Below are positions 41,131 to 52,332 of a DNA stretch of 64,000 nucleotides, piece by piece. The stretch's first letter is position 1. Every line of letters begins with the position of its first letter. The stretch comes from a plasmid: the sequence record NZ_CP040186.1. One strand, given 5' to 3'. Below the pieces are notes generated by a model that had not been told where the DNA came from, searched no databases, and was given only the letters and a program-made list of their open reading frames with translations. Both the position numbers and the translations under genes were made by a program.

Positions 41131-43335
41131 GTGACTTTAGAACTTAAACACCCTCGTGAGATCTATCAGATTATCTCTGAAGAGCTGGACAAAATCATAC
41201 ATTCATTACAGAGCCAAAGCGGTGATAAATATTTCGATGACACCCAGGCCGACGCGCTCAAACAATTAGATCTACATCAGGCAGAGTTACGTGCTCAGCT
41301 AGTCCGGTTGGAAAAGAATGCCGAGTGGAATACGTTTACTGTCGCTTTTTACGGGGAAACCGGGGCAGGGAAATCCAGCATCATTGAAACGCTGCGTATT
41401 CTGCTTCGCGAGCCCGGAAAACTGAATGATCAACTTAATTTCCGAGCATTTCAGGAAAAGTACAGTTTAAGCGAGAGTAGTTTTCAGAAACTTGCACAAG
41501 ATACGGAACAAGCAGAGAAGAAACTTACCGGGATCATTAAGCAAATCGCAGGCGTTAGACAGGTTTTTGATCAACAGCATCTGGCCGACCTGAAGCATAT
41601 TGAGTCTCTGCAAAGTCAGGTCAATGAACATAAACGTACGGCTTCGCTGTGGCAGAAGCTACTCTTCTGGTTTCGAAAGTTGCCACAGGAAATCGAACTC
41701 GACACGGTCAGACAACATTTGCAGGATACCGTTGCCTCACATGAATGCGCTATCCGCAAGTTACTCAACGTTCAGGAGGAGGCTCGGCAGAAAAAAAATG
41801 AGTTAATTCAGAAGAATCTGGAGTCTAAAAGCCACCTGCCGGAATTGGGTGCAATGGCCGACGGTGCCATCATCGGTGATGGTAGCTCTGACTTCACTCG
41901 ACAAACTCAGCGTTATAACGTGGAGCTTGATGGTTATAAGTTCGCTTTGCTGGACGTCCCCGGTATTGAAGGTAAAGAAGGGTTAGTGCTTAAAGAGATC
42001 GAAGATGCAGTTCAAACGGCTCATGCGGTGTTCTATGTCACCAACCAGCCTGCTCCGCCGCAAACAGGTGATGATCAACGTCAGGGCACACTGGAAAAGA
42101 TCAAAACACATCTCAAAGATCAAACCGAAGTGTGGACGATTTTCAACAAGAAAATTATCAATCCGATGGCAATCATGAAACAGCCACTGATTAAAGATGA
42201 TGAAGAAAATAGCCTAGCTGAGCTCGATAAAAGAATGCATGAAAAGTTAGGTACAAACTATCGTTGCGTGTTTCCCCTCAGCGTTCTGCCAGCTTTTTTA
42301 GCCTCTACGGATCATTTTGCTCCCGATTCACAAAATGCTAAACGACGCAAAAAATTTCTTGATAGCTTTAATGCCGATGAACTTTTGGAAATATCTCACA
42401 TGCGGTCCTTTATCCGGATGCTCAGTGAAAAGTTACTGGGTAACAGTGCCGACCGAATTAAAGCCGCTAACTTCAGCCAGGCCAAAGGCAGGGTTGATGA
42501 AAGCAATGCCAAAGTACGGCATATTCACGAGATCTTCTCTACTGTGGCCGAACAACTGGAACTGGACAGTGACAATTCCTGCAAACAGCTGCGTCAAAGT
42601 TTCAGTTTGTTCCGGCACCGGCTGGAAGCCCTCAGTGCCAAATTGGTTGATGAACTGGTCATCTCCGTACGCGCTTCTGTCTACTCACTAATTAATCAAG
42701 ATATCAGCAGCGATGAATTCAAAAGTAACCTGAGAAGTTGCATTACACAGCAGCAGGATGCATTCAGCGAAAAGTTAAGAAAAGGCATTCAGGAGGACGT
42801 AGAAATATTCCAGCAAGATTCCAAAAATATACTCACACGGTTTGAACAATACAGTCAGGAATTGTTCAACACCTATGGCAAGCTCGGTGCTACAAAGTTC
42901 AATTTAGACTTTGATATCAATATCAAAATGGATAACGGTGTTAATGGATGGGGGCTGCTGGCTGGGCTGGCGGGGATTGCGCTTGCTCCTTTCACCGCAG
43001 GAGCAAGCCTCTGGGTGGTCGGGGCGGCTGTACTGACATCTCTGATTTCCGTCGGCAAGGCCCTAGTTGGATTTTTTAGTACTTCATACAAACAATCCCA
43101 ACAACGTAAAGCCACAAATGAAAATCTGGTGGTGATACGCTCACAAATACAGACAGCCATTGATTCTGCTCTGAAGGACATCACGCCGCAAATGCAGAAA
43201 ACAATTGAACAGATTGAACAGGCTCTAAAATCCCCGGGCGAGCAGGTCGCGGCTAAAGCCTGGCTCCTTAAAAGCGCTACCCAAAAACTTGACCTTCTTT
43301 CACGCCAGATCAGTAATGCAGGTAACTTGCCATGA
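41131..43335 (+). CDS. Bacterial dynamin-like large GTPase (first of a tandem pair)
   Basis: P-loop GETGAGKSS, G3 DVPG, long coiled-coil regions, and a C-terminal hydrophobic paddle (GWGLLAGLAGIALAPFTAGASLWVVGAAVL). Confidence 0.7.
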   Translation: MTLELKHPREIYQIISEELDKIIHSLQSQSGDKYFDDTQADALKQLDLHQAELRAQLVRLEKNAEWNTFTVAFYGETGAGKSSIIETLRILLREPGKLNDQLNFRAFQEKYSLSESSFQKLAQDTEQAEKKLTGIIKQIAGVRQVFDQQHLADLKHIESLQSQVNEHKRTASLWQKLLFWFRKLPQEIELDTVRQHLQDTVASHECAIRKLLNVQEEARQKKNELIQKNLESKSHLPELGAMADGAIIGDGSSDFTRQTQRYNVELDGYKFALLDVPGIEGKEGLVLKEIEDAVQTAHAVFYVTNQPAPPQTGDDQRQGTLEKIKTHLKDQTEVWTIFNKKIINPMAIMKQPLIKDDEENSLAELDKRMHEKLGTNYRCVFPLSVLPAFLASTDHFAPDSQNAKRRKKFLDSFNADELLEISHMRSFIRMLSEKLLGNSADRIKAANFSQAKGRVDESNAKVRHIHEIFSTVAEQLELDSDNSCKQLRQSFSLFRHRLEALSAKLVDELVISVRASVYSLINQDISSDEFKSNLRSCITQQQDAFSEKLRKGIQEDVEIFQQDSKNILTRFEQYSQELFNTYGKLGATKFNLDFDINIKMDNGVNGWGLLAGLAGIALAPFTAGASLWVVGAAVLTSLISVGKALVGFFSTSYKQSQQRKATNENLVVIRSQIQTAIDSALKDITPQMQKTIEQIEQALKSPGEQVAAKAWLLKSATQKLDLLSRQISNAGNLP

Positions 43336-45026
43336 ACGAAACAATCAACGCATTTAATGCCCAACAAACTCATGCTTTGGAACTTCTGCAAAAGCTTGAA
43401 GCCTTCCTACAGCAAGGGGCTCTGGCGGGAGTTCCCATCGATCCAGTGCTCAGCGGGAAAATACACAATGCAATCGCCAGTTTAGCTGATGAAAAACTTA
43501 AGGTAGCACTCATCGGCGGTTTTTCAGAAGGTAAAACCTCAATCGCTGCGGCCTGGATGGAGGAGCTCGATAAGTCGAGCATGAAGATCAGCCACCAGGA
43601 ATCATCCAATGAAGTGAAGGTGTACGACGTTGGTCAGGATTTCGTCCTGATCGACACTCCGGGGCTTTTCGGTTTCAAAGAACAGGTAAACGACGATAAC
43701 CATTCCATAGAAAAGTACAAAGACATCACAAAAAAGTACGTTAGTGAAGCCCATCTGGTGCTTTACGTAATGAACCCGACCAACCCGATCAAGGAAAGTC
43801 ACGAGGAAGACCTGACATGGCTTTTCCGCACACTCGATTTATTGCCACGCAGCATATTCGTGCTCAGCCGTTTTGACGAAGTGGCCGATGTCGAGGATGA
43901 AGATGATTATGCGCACAACCTGAATATCAAACGAACAAATGTGGCGAAGCGCCTCGGCGAAATGATCAGCCTGACCGCGCAGGAACAGGAAAACTTGTCT
44001 ATTGTTGCGGTAGCAGCTAACCCCTTTGATCTGGGGACTGAGCACTGGCTGGCGAATGGCGAGCAGTTTAAAGCGTTATCCCACATCACCAGCCTGCAAG
44101 CCGCAACTACTGATAAGATACAACACAGTGGTGGCAGCAAGGCTCTGGCTAATGACATGCGCAGCAGTGTTATCCGCGATATTTTGCACAACCAGTTGCC
44201 CGTCGCGATTGATAACGACGAAAAAATATCTCATGAAGTCCGCAAGCTCGACAGCCTGTATAGTCGTATGAAAACGGAGCTGGCACAGGCAGATCGGGAA
44301 ATCGAAAACACCGTGATTAATCTGCGAGAATTTGTCATCCGCTACTTCGCCGATCTAATCGTGCAAGCCCAGGGATGCAGCATGGAAACCTTCAGCGAGT
44401 TCTTTGAACGTGAAGTGGGCGATGAAGGTATCATCGTCAGCATGCGACTGGAAAACGAATTCAGCCGACAGATTCAGCCTATCGAACTCAACATGGAGAA
44501 AATGCAACTGAGTTTTGATATTGAAATTAATCAGTTCAATACCACCATCAAAGCGCTTGGCAAACAAGGTATCAATCATGTCCTTAAGGGGGATCTGATC
44601 AACAACAAGACCGTGCTTGGCGCCCGCGATGGTATCGTCGGCATGGGTAAGTTGTTCGGTAAAGATTTCAGCAGTGTATTAAAATTCAAACCCTGGGGAG
44701 CGACCAAACTGGCGAAAGGGGCCAATGGTGCGTTGATCGCAGTCGGTATAGCGTTGGAGGTGTGGGACAGTTACCAGCAATATCAGCGAGAACAAGCATT
44801 CCAGAAAGCCATCGCAGGTATGATTGAGAACTTTGAACAGCATCGTAAGAATCTGAAAATACTGATTGAAAAAACTCAGTTCAAGGAGCAGTTCTTTGGC
44901 GATTTGAAAAGTAATGCCAGAGAACTTGAAGCCAGTCTGAATGCGAGCAGGGAGAGTCAGCAACGGTTCCAGGCATGGCGTGCAATGGCAGAAACTATCG
45001 AAGGTGAATTCAGGAAGCTGGACTAA
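43332..45026 (+). CDS. Bacterial dynamin-like GTPase (second of the pair), translationally coupled to the first
   Basis: P-loop GGFSEGKTS and G3 DTPG. The ATGA overlap with the upstream gene indicates an operon. Confidence 0.7.
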   Translation: MNETINAFNAQQTHALELLQKLEAFLQQGALAGVPIDPVLSGKIHNAIASLADEKLKVALIGGFSEGKTSIAAAWMEELDKSSMKISHQESSNEVKVYDVGQDFVLIDTPGLFGFKEQVNDDNHSIEKYKDITKKYVSEAHLVLYVMNPTNPIKESHEEDLTWLFRTLDLLPRSIFVLSRFDEVADVEDEDDYAHNLNIKRTNVAKRLGEMISLTAQEQENLSIVAVAANPFDLGTEHWLANGEQFKALSHITSLQAATTDKIQHSGGSKALANDMRSSVIRDILHNQLPVAIDNDEKISHEVRKLDSLYSRMKTELAQADREIENTVINLREFVIRYFADLIVQAQGCSMETFSEFFEREVGDEGIIVSMRLENEFSRQIQPIELNMEKMQLSFDIEINQFNTTIKALGKQGINHVLKGDLINNKTVLGARDGIVGMGKLFGKDFSSVLKFKPWGATKLAKGANGALIAVGIALEVWDSYQQYQREQAFQKAIAGMIENFEQHRKNLKILIEKTQFKEQFFGDLKSNARELEASLNASRESQQRFQAWRAMAETIEGEFRKLD

Positions 45027-45040
45027 ATAGCATTTTCTCT

Positions 45041-45300
45041 TGAACCGCCCCGGTAATCCTGGAGACTAAACTCTTTGAGAGAGGTAAACAGGATGGCTAA
45101 AAATACACGTTTTCCTCGATATATGGCAGCAGACCGTCAGCATGGTTCTGGAATGCGAGGACGGGTATGACTCACAATGGGCAGCCCTGAGCTCCATCGC
45201 TCCGAAAATCGACTGCACGCCGGAGACCCTTCGTATCTGGTTGCTTCTGTATGAACGTGATGCTGGTGGTGGTGATGGTGGACTCTCCACTATTTAGGCG
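45041..45300 (+). mobile_element. Remnant of an IS629/IS1203-like (IS3-family) left end with a degraded orfA
   Basis: IRL-like TGAACCGCCCCGGTAATCCTGGAGACTAAACTC, then MAKNTRF... at 45083, and in another frame ...IAPKIDCTPETLRIWLLLYERDAGGGDGG. It is truncated after about 260 bp. Confidence 0.5.
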
Positions 45301-45811
45301 ACAAATACACTGGCCTGTTTGTAATCCGAGCGTCCTGTTTCTTCTTTCATGGGATAGGTTGTGACGCTGAATACCAGACAGGTCAGTTTTTACATGGTTC
45401 AACGTAATAAAGGTCTTAGACCCTGTACACGATTCTGTGTAAATGCCTTTTCTCAGTAGTGACCGTCCAGGCGATCCCCGTAGCTGGCACCGACGACCTT
45501 CGCCATGGTGGTCTGCAAATTCTCAATAAGTCTACTGTAGCCAAATCGCAGGCGGTTCAAGGAACAGCCCTTAGACAACAGACATTATAGAATTCTGTTG
45601 AGTTTTTTATTACTTCTACCTAAATAAATTTGCATATTACCGAACCTAGCCAGGCTATGGTTGACCTATTCCCAGTTGCTTGACACAGGCCGTTGTTAGC
45701 AAGATTCATGATGATTCAACTACGGACTTCTGCTCTTCGCTCATACCTGGCATCCGAGATATTTTCAGGTTTCGAAATACTCGAATTCAAGGCAACAAGT
45801 AAAAATGGCCG

Positions 45812-46882
45812 CTATCTCTCATGGCACAGTTCAAATTCGTTCAACTGCTCTAACGCTTTCGCCACACTCTGGAACATCAGATGTTTTTCCTCATGCTTCT
45901 GTGACAGCCGAGAAACGACGGTAAACACACTTCCGCTGCTCTCAGGCCAGCAGTCGTCATGAAGTGCTGGTATCAACATCTTTCTTGCTTGATGTTGCAA
46001 TGCAGGAGTCGTCAGACTACAGATGTACGTTCGTACTTCAAACTGTCTTCCAGGTGTTTTGTCTAGAAAAAGTACCACATCAGATTTACTCACCCAGTGC
46101 GACAACCCGAAGCGCAGTGCCGGGTAACCTTCCCAATGATTAAGTGCCGTTGTGACCTCATAACCACGTTCAGAAAAGTGCTCTGTCAGAAACCGTAGGC
46201 CTTCCTCCTGAAGTGATTTCACCACAGCATTTTTCAGTAACACCGCTTCCTGAATATTACGCAAATTTTCGAGAACGAAGATTTCTGTCTCTGCTGCAAT
46301 CGTATTTTTACCCATCAGTGTCTCCAGATGTAGAATGAATTCGCGCAGCAAAACCTGCCATTTATTGAGCGGGGAAGAAATGCATGCCATGCCGAGCCTG
46401 GGCGACAGAACAGAAATAAACATACTGTAGCTTATTCCTGTCCAACCGGCAGGAGCCAGTCCTTCCGGCGACAGAACCACTAGGAACGGTGTCTTATCTG
46501 GATGTTTTTGCTCCAGATACCCACTGTAATCATTGAAAGGATTGTTCAGCTGGTGCCAGATTTTATTCTCCAATACCATGGCCCATTCTTTCGACTCAAG
46601 TAGCAAATCGATTCGAGTTCCTTTCTGGGTCATAACCTCACGGGCTGGTGGAGAGAGAAGTGATGCATCAACATGGGCTGGCAGGCACTCCAGAAGGGCC
46701 CCAAGAACCAGTGTATTCAGTCCATGGGGCGCATCCGGATCAATAAAGAAAGCGAGTAAATCGCTGACAGGGTTTTCATAGTGTCCACGGGCACCAACCG
46801 AAAATATATTGGTCTCACTTTTTTCAGCAACAGGCAGTGACTTGAGGCGAGTCAGTAATTCTTCCAGAGCAGGCAGGTCCAT
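45812..46882 (-). CDS. PD-(D/E)xK nuclease-superfamily protein, function unknown
   Basis: Motif RIDLLLESKEWAMVLENKIW has the D...E-x-K arrangement. 356 aa from the Met at 46882. Flanked on both sides by IS remnants. Confidence 0.5.
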   Translation of the reverse strand: MDLPALEELLTRLKSLPVAEKSETNIFSVGARGHYENPVSDLLAFFIDPDAPHGLNTLVLGALLECLPAHVDASLLSPPAREVMTQKGTRIDLLLESKEWAMVLENKIWHQLNNPFNDYSGYLEQKHPDKTPFLVVLSPEGLAPAGWTGISYSMFISVLSPRLGMACISSPLNKWQVLLREFILHLETLMGKNTIAAETEIFVLENLRNIQEAVLLKNAVVKSLQEEGLRFLTEHFSERGYEVTTALNHWEGYPALRFGLSHWVSKSDVVLFLDKTPGRQFEVRTYICSLTTPALQHQARKMLIPALHDDCWPESSGSVFTVVSRLSQKHEEKHLMFQSVAKALEQLNEFELCHER

Positions 46883-47933
46883 CGGTTTCTCCGCAGCGGC
46901 TTTCCCTGGACAGAAACATACCAACAAAAAGAGCCTTGGCATAGGGGGGCCTGTCTGCCCGCTGGCATTGGGTGCACGATAATTGCGGTGGATTTCAAAG
47001 TTAACAGTCCGCTTCGTGCTGTGAGTTCAACCGATGGACGCAACACACTTATTGAACCGTTCTGCGGGTGATTCATAGTCTAGCGTTTTTCTCGGCCTTT
47101 CGTTGAGCTGTCTGGCAACACTGTTAAGTCTTTGCTGGCTGTGAACCGATAAGTCAGTTCCTTTTGGAAAATATTGTCTGAGCAATCTGTTTGAATCGCC
47201 ACAGATAGTCTAGACACTTCTGATAATATTGATTTTCATATTCCGTCGGTGGCATCTGATTACTCGAACCATGCCGACGCTTACTGTTATAAAACATTCG
47301 ATGTAATCAAAAATATCGCTGCGGGCTTCTTCCCGCGTCCCGTAGATCTTTTTCTTTATCCGTTCACGCTTCAGGAGCTGGAAAAAACTTTCTGCAACTG
47401 CGTTATCGTGACTGTTACCGCGGCGGCTCATGCTGCCCTCCAGTCCGTGTGATTTCAGGAACGATTGCCACTCATGGCTTGTGTACTGACTACCTTGATC
47501 AGAATGAACCTGCACCTGTTTTTGGGGATTACGTCGCCACACGGCCATCAGAAGCGCATTCAGGACAATATCTTTTGTCATCCGGGGTTGCATTGACCAG
47601 CCGATAACTTTGCGTGAGAACAGGTCAACAACTACGGCCAGATACAGCTAGCCTTCGTGGGTTCGGATGTAAGTTATGTCCGTTACCCAACGTTCATCCG
47701 GTGCTTCCGGGTTGAACTGCCGCTGGAGTTTGTTGGGTGTCACGATACTGGCTTCACCTATACGCGCTCGTGGGCTTCGATACCCGACCTGAGCCTTTAT
47801 CCCGGCACGCTTCATCAGCCGCCAGACCCGGTTAATCCCGCATTGTTGCCCGCTATCTCGCAGGTCGAGATGGATCTTGCGATAGCCATAAACACAACCG
47901 GACTCCAGCCAGAACTGTTTGATTTGTCCTGTC

Positions 47934-49155
47934 TGTAGATTCAATTGGTCAACGCAACAGTCATGTGAAAACATGTAATTGCGGAGGATTGTTGGATGAG
48001 ACGGACATTTACAGCAAAAGAAAAAGCATTTGTTTTTGAACTATGGAAGAACGGAACAGGCTTCAGTGAGATAGCTAATATCCTGGGTTCGAAACCAGGA
48101 ACCATCTTCACTATGTTAAGAGACACTGGCGGCATAAAACCCACTGAACGCAGGCGGGCTGTAGCTCACCTGACCTTGTCTGAACGCGAGGAAATACGTG
48201 CTGGTCTGTCAGCCCAAATGAGCATTCGTGCGATCGCTACTGCGCTGAATTGTAGCCCTTCGACGATTTCACGGGAAGTTCAGCGTAATCGTGGCAGGCG
48301 GCTATTACAAAGCCGTTGATGCTAATAACTGGGCCAACAGGATGGCCAGAAGACCAAAACCGTGCTTACTGGATCAGAATATGCCGTTGCGGGAGCTTGT
48401 TCTGGAAAAGCTGGAGATGAAGTGGTCTCCAGAGCAAATATCAGGGTGGTTAAGGCGAACGAAGCCGCGTCAAAAAACTCTGCGAATATCACCTGAGACG
48501 ATTTATAAGACGCTGTACTTTCGTAGTCGTGAAGCGCTACACCACCTGAATGTACAGCATCTGCGCCGTTCGCATAGCCTCCGGCATGGCAGACGCCATA
48601 CTCGCAAAGGTGAAAGAGGCACGATTAACATTGTGAACGGAACGCCAATCCACGAACATTCCCGGCATATCTATAACAGGCGCTCTCTTGGTCACTGGGA
48701 TGGCGATTTAGTATCGGGTACAAAAAACTCTCATATAGCCACACTTGTAGACCGAAAATCACGTTATACGATCATCCTGAGACTTAATGGCAAAGATGCC
48801 ACCTCGGTGAATCAGGCTCTTACAGATAAATTCTTGAGCTTGCCGCCTGAACTCCGGCAATCACTGACATGGGACAGAGGAATGGAGTTGGCCAGGCATC
48901 TGGAATTTACTGGCAGCACAGGGGTTAAAGTTTACTTCTGCGATCCTCAGAGTCCCTGGCAGCGGGGAACAAACGAAAACACTAATGGGCTAATCCGACA
49001 GTACTTTCCCAAAAAGACATGCCTTGCCCAATATACTCAACATGAGCTGGATCAGGTTGCAGCTCAGCTAAACAACAGACCGAGAAAGACACTGAAGTTC
49101 AAAACACCGAAAGAGATAATCGAAAGGGTTGTTGCGTTGACAGATTGAATCTACA
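47934..49155 (+). mobile_element. IS30 (1222 bp)
   Basis: Ends TGTAGATTCAATTGGTCAACGCAAC ... GTTGCGTTGACAGATTGAATCTACA. The transposase sequence matches E. coli IS30 InsI nearly residue for residue. Confidence 0.85.
47996..49148 (+). pseudogene. IS30 transposase split into two overlapping ORFs (47996..48319 and 48291..49148), an apparent frameshift
   Basis: IS30 transposase is normally a single 383-aa ORF. Here the frame changes in the 48291-48319 overlap. Confidence 0.6.
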
Positions 49156-50559
49156 GCGGCTTTTTTTAATATGTCCCGTTCGTCAGTAACCCGCTTCAGC
49201 TCCTTCTGGAGTCGGCGGCTCTCAGCCTGAGCATCTGACTGTTCTTTGTTGGTGGAAGAGTCCGGTCCGTACCTCTTTATTCAGGCGTAAAGACTGTCAG
49301 TAGTGATATCGAGACGTGTTGCGACGCTGGAAACAGAATGGCCTCGCTCAACAACCTGCTTTACCTATTCAATTTTAAACTCTTCGGGATAACGTTTACC
49401 GCTCATGGGCACCTCTCTTTTAATTAATCTTAAATGACTCCGAGGTGTCTGTTAAACCTGTGGCGATTCACACTACAAAATATTCGACGTTCACAATACA
49501 GATTTTATTTTCCCTGCACTCAATCACCGGTCAATTTTCCCGAATTGACCGGGAATGGTTATTCATATCGCCTTACCAGGTGATGATATTTTCATGTATG
49601 GCATATAGTTATGTCCGTTTAGAGTTTTGAGTTTAGACGGTTGATGCAGCACACTAGGTAAATCGTCCTGTAGGCGGCTACAACTGAACTGACCCCATAG
49701 CCCAGCTGTTTTATGGTCGAATACCTCGGCACACTGATGATCACTGAGGCTTTATTATTGTATATTTACTGGCATTCAACAGCATGAATGAATACGTGGA
49801 TTATCTCCTTGATGTCTTGGAAAATATCCGCATCCGCTCGTGATTCATTAGGAATGTACAGGTTGGGATTTTCAAACGTATCTGCCTGGTAAACGCCTCT
49901 TTTTTCTGATGAATAAATTTATATAGCTAAGTATATGTCCAGCCCAGTGCTCCGATAATAATTGCAAGGATGATTAAAGTAATTGCAGTTTTACGCATTA
50001 GCACGCCATAAAATGCCAGAGACATTCCGATACACAGAATTATCAACACTGGCCACATACTGAGTACAAGGTATAGATAACTTTCTACATCGTTACTAGT
50101 AGTCACACTCACATCAATATTCCTCATCTGGAATTCCATAAGTTAAATATCTCACCTCATAATATCATGCAACACCCTTGCTCTAATATTTATTGGTGAT
50201 AAAACAGCTTCAACTTGAATTAATTGCTTCTTACCATTGCGTTCAGGATAGTAAGTCGCTTGCTCAAAGTGGCAACGAGAGCTACTTTCCTGAGGTTGCC
50301 AGCTACAACCAAAGGCTAGCGCTAGATAATGAACCTGGTTCCGTTTTCAGGTTTCTGCAAGCTCGCCGCGAAACACGATAATGTTTTTGCGCAGGGTGTT
50401 ATCACAAGAGCAAAACGATACTGCTAATCACCTGACACATTTCTGAATGTTGACGCATGCAGGTATCTGTATAGTTTACCCCGGATTTCTAAAAAAAACT
50501 GCAAGCTCAGATGTATTTATACCGCAAAGTGGCATGTAGGCGCCAGCTAGAATTAAATC

Positions 50560-51459
50560 AGGTTATGGCGGTAAGGGGCGCCGAAGCCCGGCGTAGCCGG
50601 CTACAGTTTGATAGGTTCTGCCAATCCCCATCCCCGCCCTGATAAGCCATACCCACCGATAACGCTTCAGGAGCTGCTGTACGCGGTCGGAGTGGTCACG
50701 ACAAGGCGTTAGCCGCAGTCGTGGCGTATCTCCGCGTTAGCGGGCCGTAGGGCCGCTTACGAGCGTGTACCCCGGACCTCACCGCAGCACTACCCACAGC
50801 GATGACCAACCTGTAGTTACAACACCCATCATTAAAAGCGATGGTGTTCCCCGGCCTTCGGCCGGGGGCGGCGGCGCTTTTCAGTGGTGGGATGAGTTAT
50901 GTAGTTACCGCTGTGCACGGAACTGAATAGTGGTCTGAGAGGGGCTCAGTGTTGCAGGACGGCGCCGGAGGTTTGTTTAAATGGTTAATTGAATGCTGTA
51001 ACTAAAGTGCTTGCTGGTGCTGTGCCCGCCGCTTGCCGGCGGGAGGTACTTCTCGATTCTGAGCGGCGCGGGCGTTTGCGACCGCTGCCAGCGAAGGCCT
51101 CATTGAGACTGTCCACAGGACAGACGGCGAACAGGTTTTCCTTTGAGATGAAAGAGATTCAGATCTTTAAAAGAAGTACAGAGCAGGTATTTAAAGGGAA
51201 CCATGCGGTCTGTAATTCTTTCGACGGGCACCCAGGAAACGTGTCGGGTGTAGCCTTGTGAATAGTTCCCTTGCAGTTAAATGTGTATAAGTAAAATCCG
51301 GTCAAAAAACCGGGGCCGGAGACCTGAAATTTCATCCACGAAAAGGAAAAATCAGGAGGTGGCCGTGGTGGCTGTTACAGGAATGGTCAGAAATCAGGCA
51401 ACTGCAGAAGACGGGCGAGCGAAAGTCTCCGGCGTCGGCCGGATAAAAAAGTGGGAGGT
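50560..51459. promoter_or_regulatory. Probable IncFII origin region downstream of repA1, including a GC-rich structured segment
   Basis: Position relative to repA1. Contains the strong hairpin CCCCGGCC-TTCG-GCCGGGGG followed by GCGCTTTTCAG at about 50843-50880. Confidence 0.3.
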
Positions 51460-52332
51460 TTATATGGGCTCGGGGTACGGCGCCAGGCGGGTATAGTTAT
51501 TGCCCCGGGATATCAGCATTCGTTCCGTCACACGTCGCTCCACCTCACGCTTCAGCGCGTCATGATCGCCTCTGAAGCGGCCGGTGGCATATTCACGGGT
51601 CAGCTGCTGACGAACGCGCGTCTCTATATCCTTACGCTGGCGTGAAGCATCCCGGCGAGCTGTCGCTCGCTTCTGGCCATGTGATTTACGCTCAGCCTGG
51701 TAGCTACGAAAACGCTCGCGTACAAAACGCCAGGATTTAGCGATCAGCTCGTCCATTTCCAGTTGTGGCAGGCTCTGCTTTTTACGCTGTTTGTTTTCCC
51801 ACTCCACACGGCTACGACGCGCGGCCACGACAGCGACATCTGACACATCCAGAGCCTGAAAAAGAGCCGGCGTGAACGTCATGTCGGTCGGGATGTTACA
51901 GCCAATCTGCGGGTCATATTCCGTGGTGTAGGTGATCAGGCCCAACTCGGACATAAAGCGCAGCGCACGGGTCGCCCGCGAGATAGAGAGATTGCCACTT
52001 GCGGATTCCGTGGCCAGCCCGCACTCGATGGCCATATTGGTAATCGAGCGCTGCACGCGATTGGCCAGCGGATCATAATGGAAGCACATTGCCTGCAGGA
52101 GCGCGTCAATTGCACGTCGACGCAGTATAGGAGGCATGCGGCGGCGCTTACCCAGTGAGCGGGCAAAAGCAACATGGATTGAAAAATCAAAGGTAGCGGT
52201 GAAGCCTTCGGCTTTGGCCATCAGCTTACGACAGAACGGCAGTGTCTTTTTGCCTTCACGCGCCATAAAACGCGGCTCGGCATTTTTAACCTGAACGTAA
52301 TGAAATGAGTTTTCTGAATTCTGGTCAGCCAC
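51460..52332 (-). CDS. repA: IncFII-family replication initiator RepA1
   Basis: 290 aa, recognisably RepA1 of R100-like plasmids (FCxKLMxKAxGFT..., RRRMPP, GLITYxTEYDP, [14 protein letters not shown]). Confidence 0.9.
   Translation of the reverse strand: MADQNSENSFHYVQVKNAEPRFMAREGKKTLPFCRKLMAKAEGFTATFDFSIHVAFARSLGKRRRMPPILRRRAIDALLQAMCFHYDPLANRVQRSITNMAIECGLATESASGNLSISRATRALRFMSELGLITYTTEYDPQIGCNIPTDMTFTPALFQALDVSDVAVVAARRSRVEWENKQRKKQSLPQLEMDELIAKSWRFVRERFRSYQAERKSHGQKRATARRDASRQRKDIETRVRQQLTREYATGRFRGDHDALKREVERRVTERMLISRGNNYTRLAPYPEPI

Larger units (their letters stand above)
47192..49470 (-). mobile_element. Degraded IS3-group element (copy 1), disrupted by IS30 with an adjacent roughly 150-bp deletion
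   Basis: Terminal repeats TGAATCGCCACAG at 47192 and its reverse complement at 49458-49470. orfB fragments lie at 47210-47593 and 47648-47974 and carry an in-frame TAG and a C-terminal frameshift. The orfA remnant at 49156-49415 carries nonsense codons. About 90% identical to copy 2. Confidence 0.55.

Noticed and set aside
49927-50139. 70-aa hydrophobic minus-strand ORF, considered as a possible Hok-type toxin
   Set aside because: It does not resemble Hok/Gef and no sok-like antisense arrangement is evident. It stays a weak small-membrane-protein candidate only.
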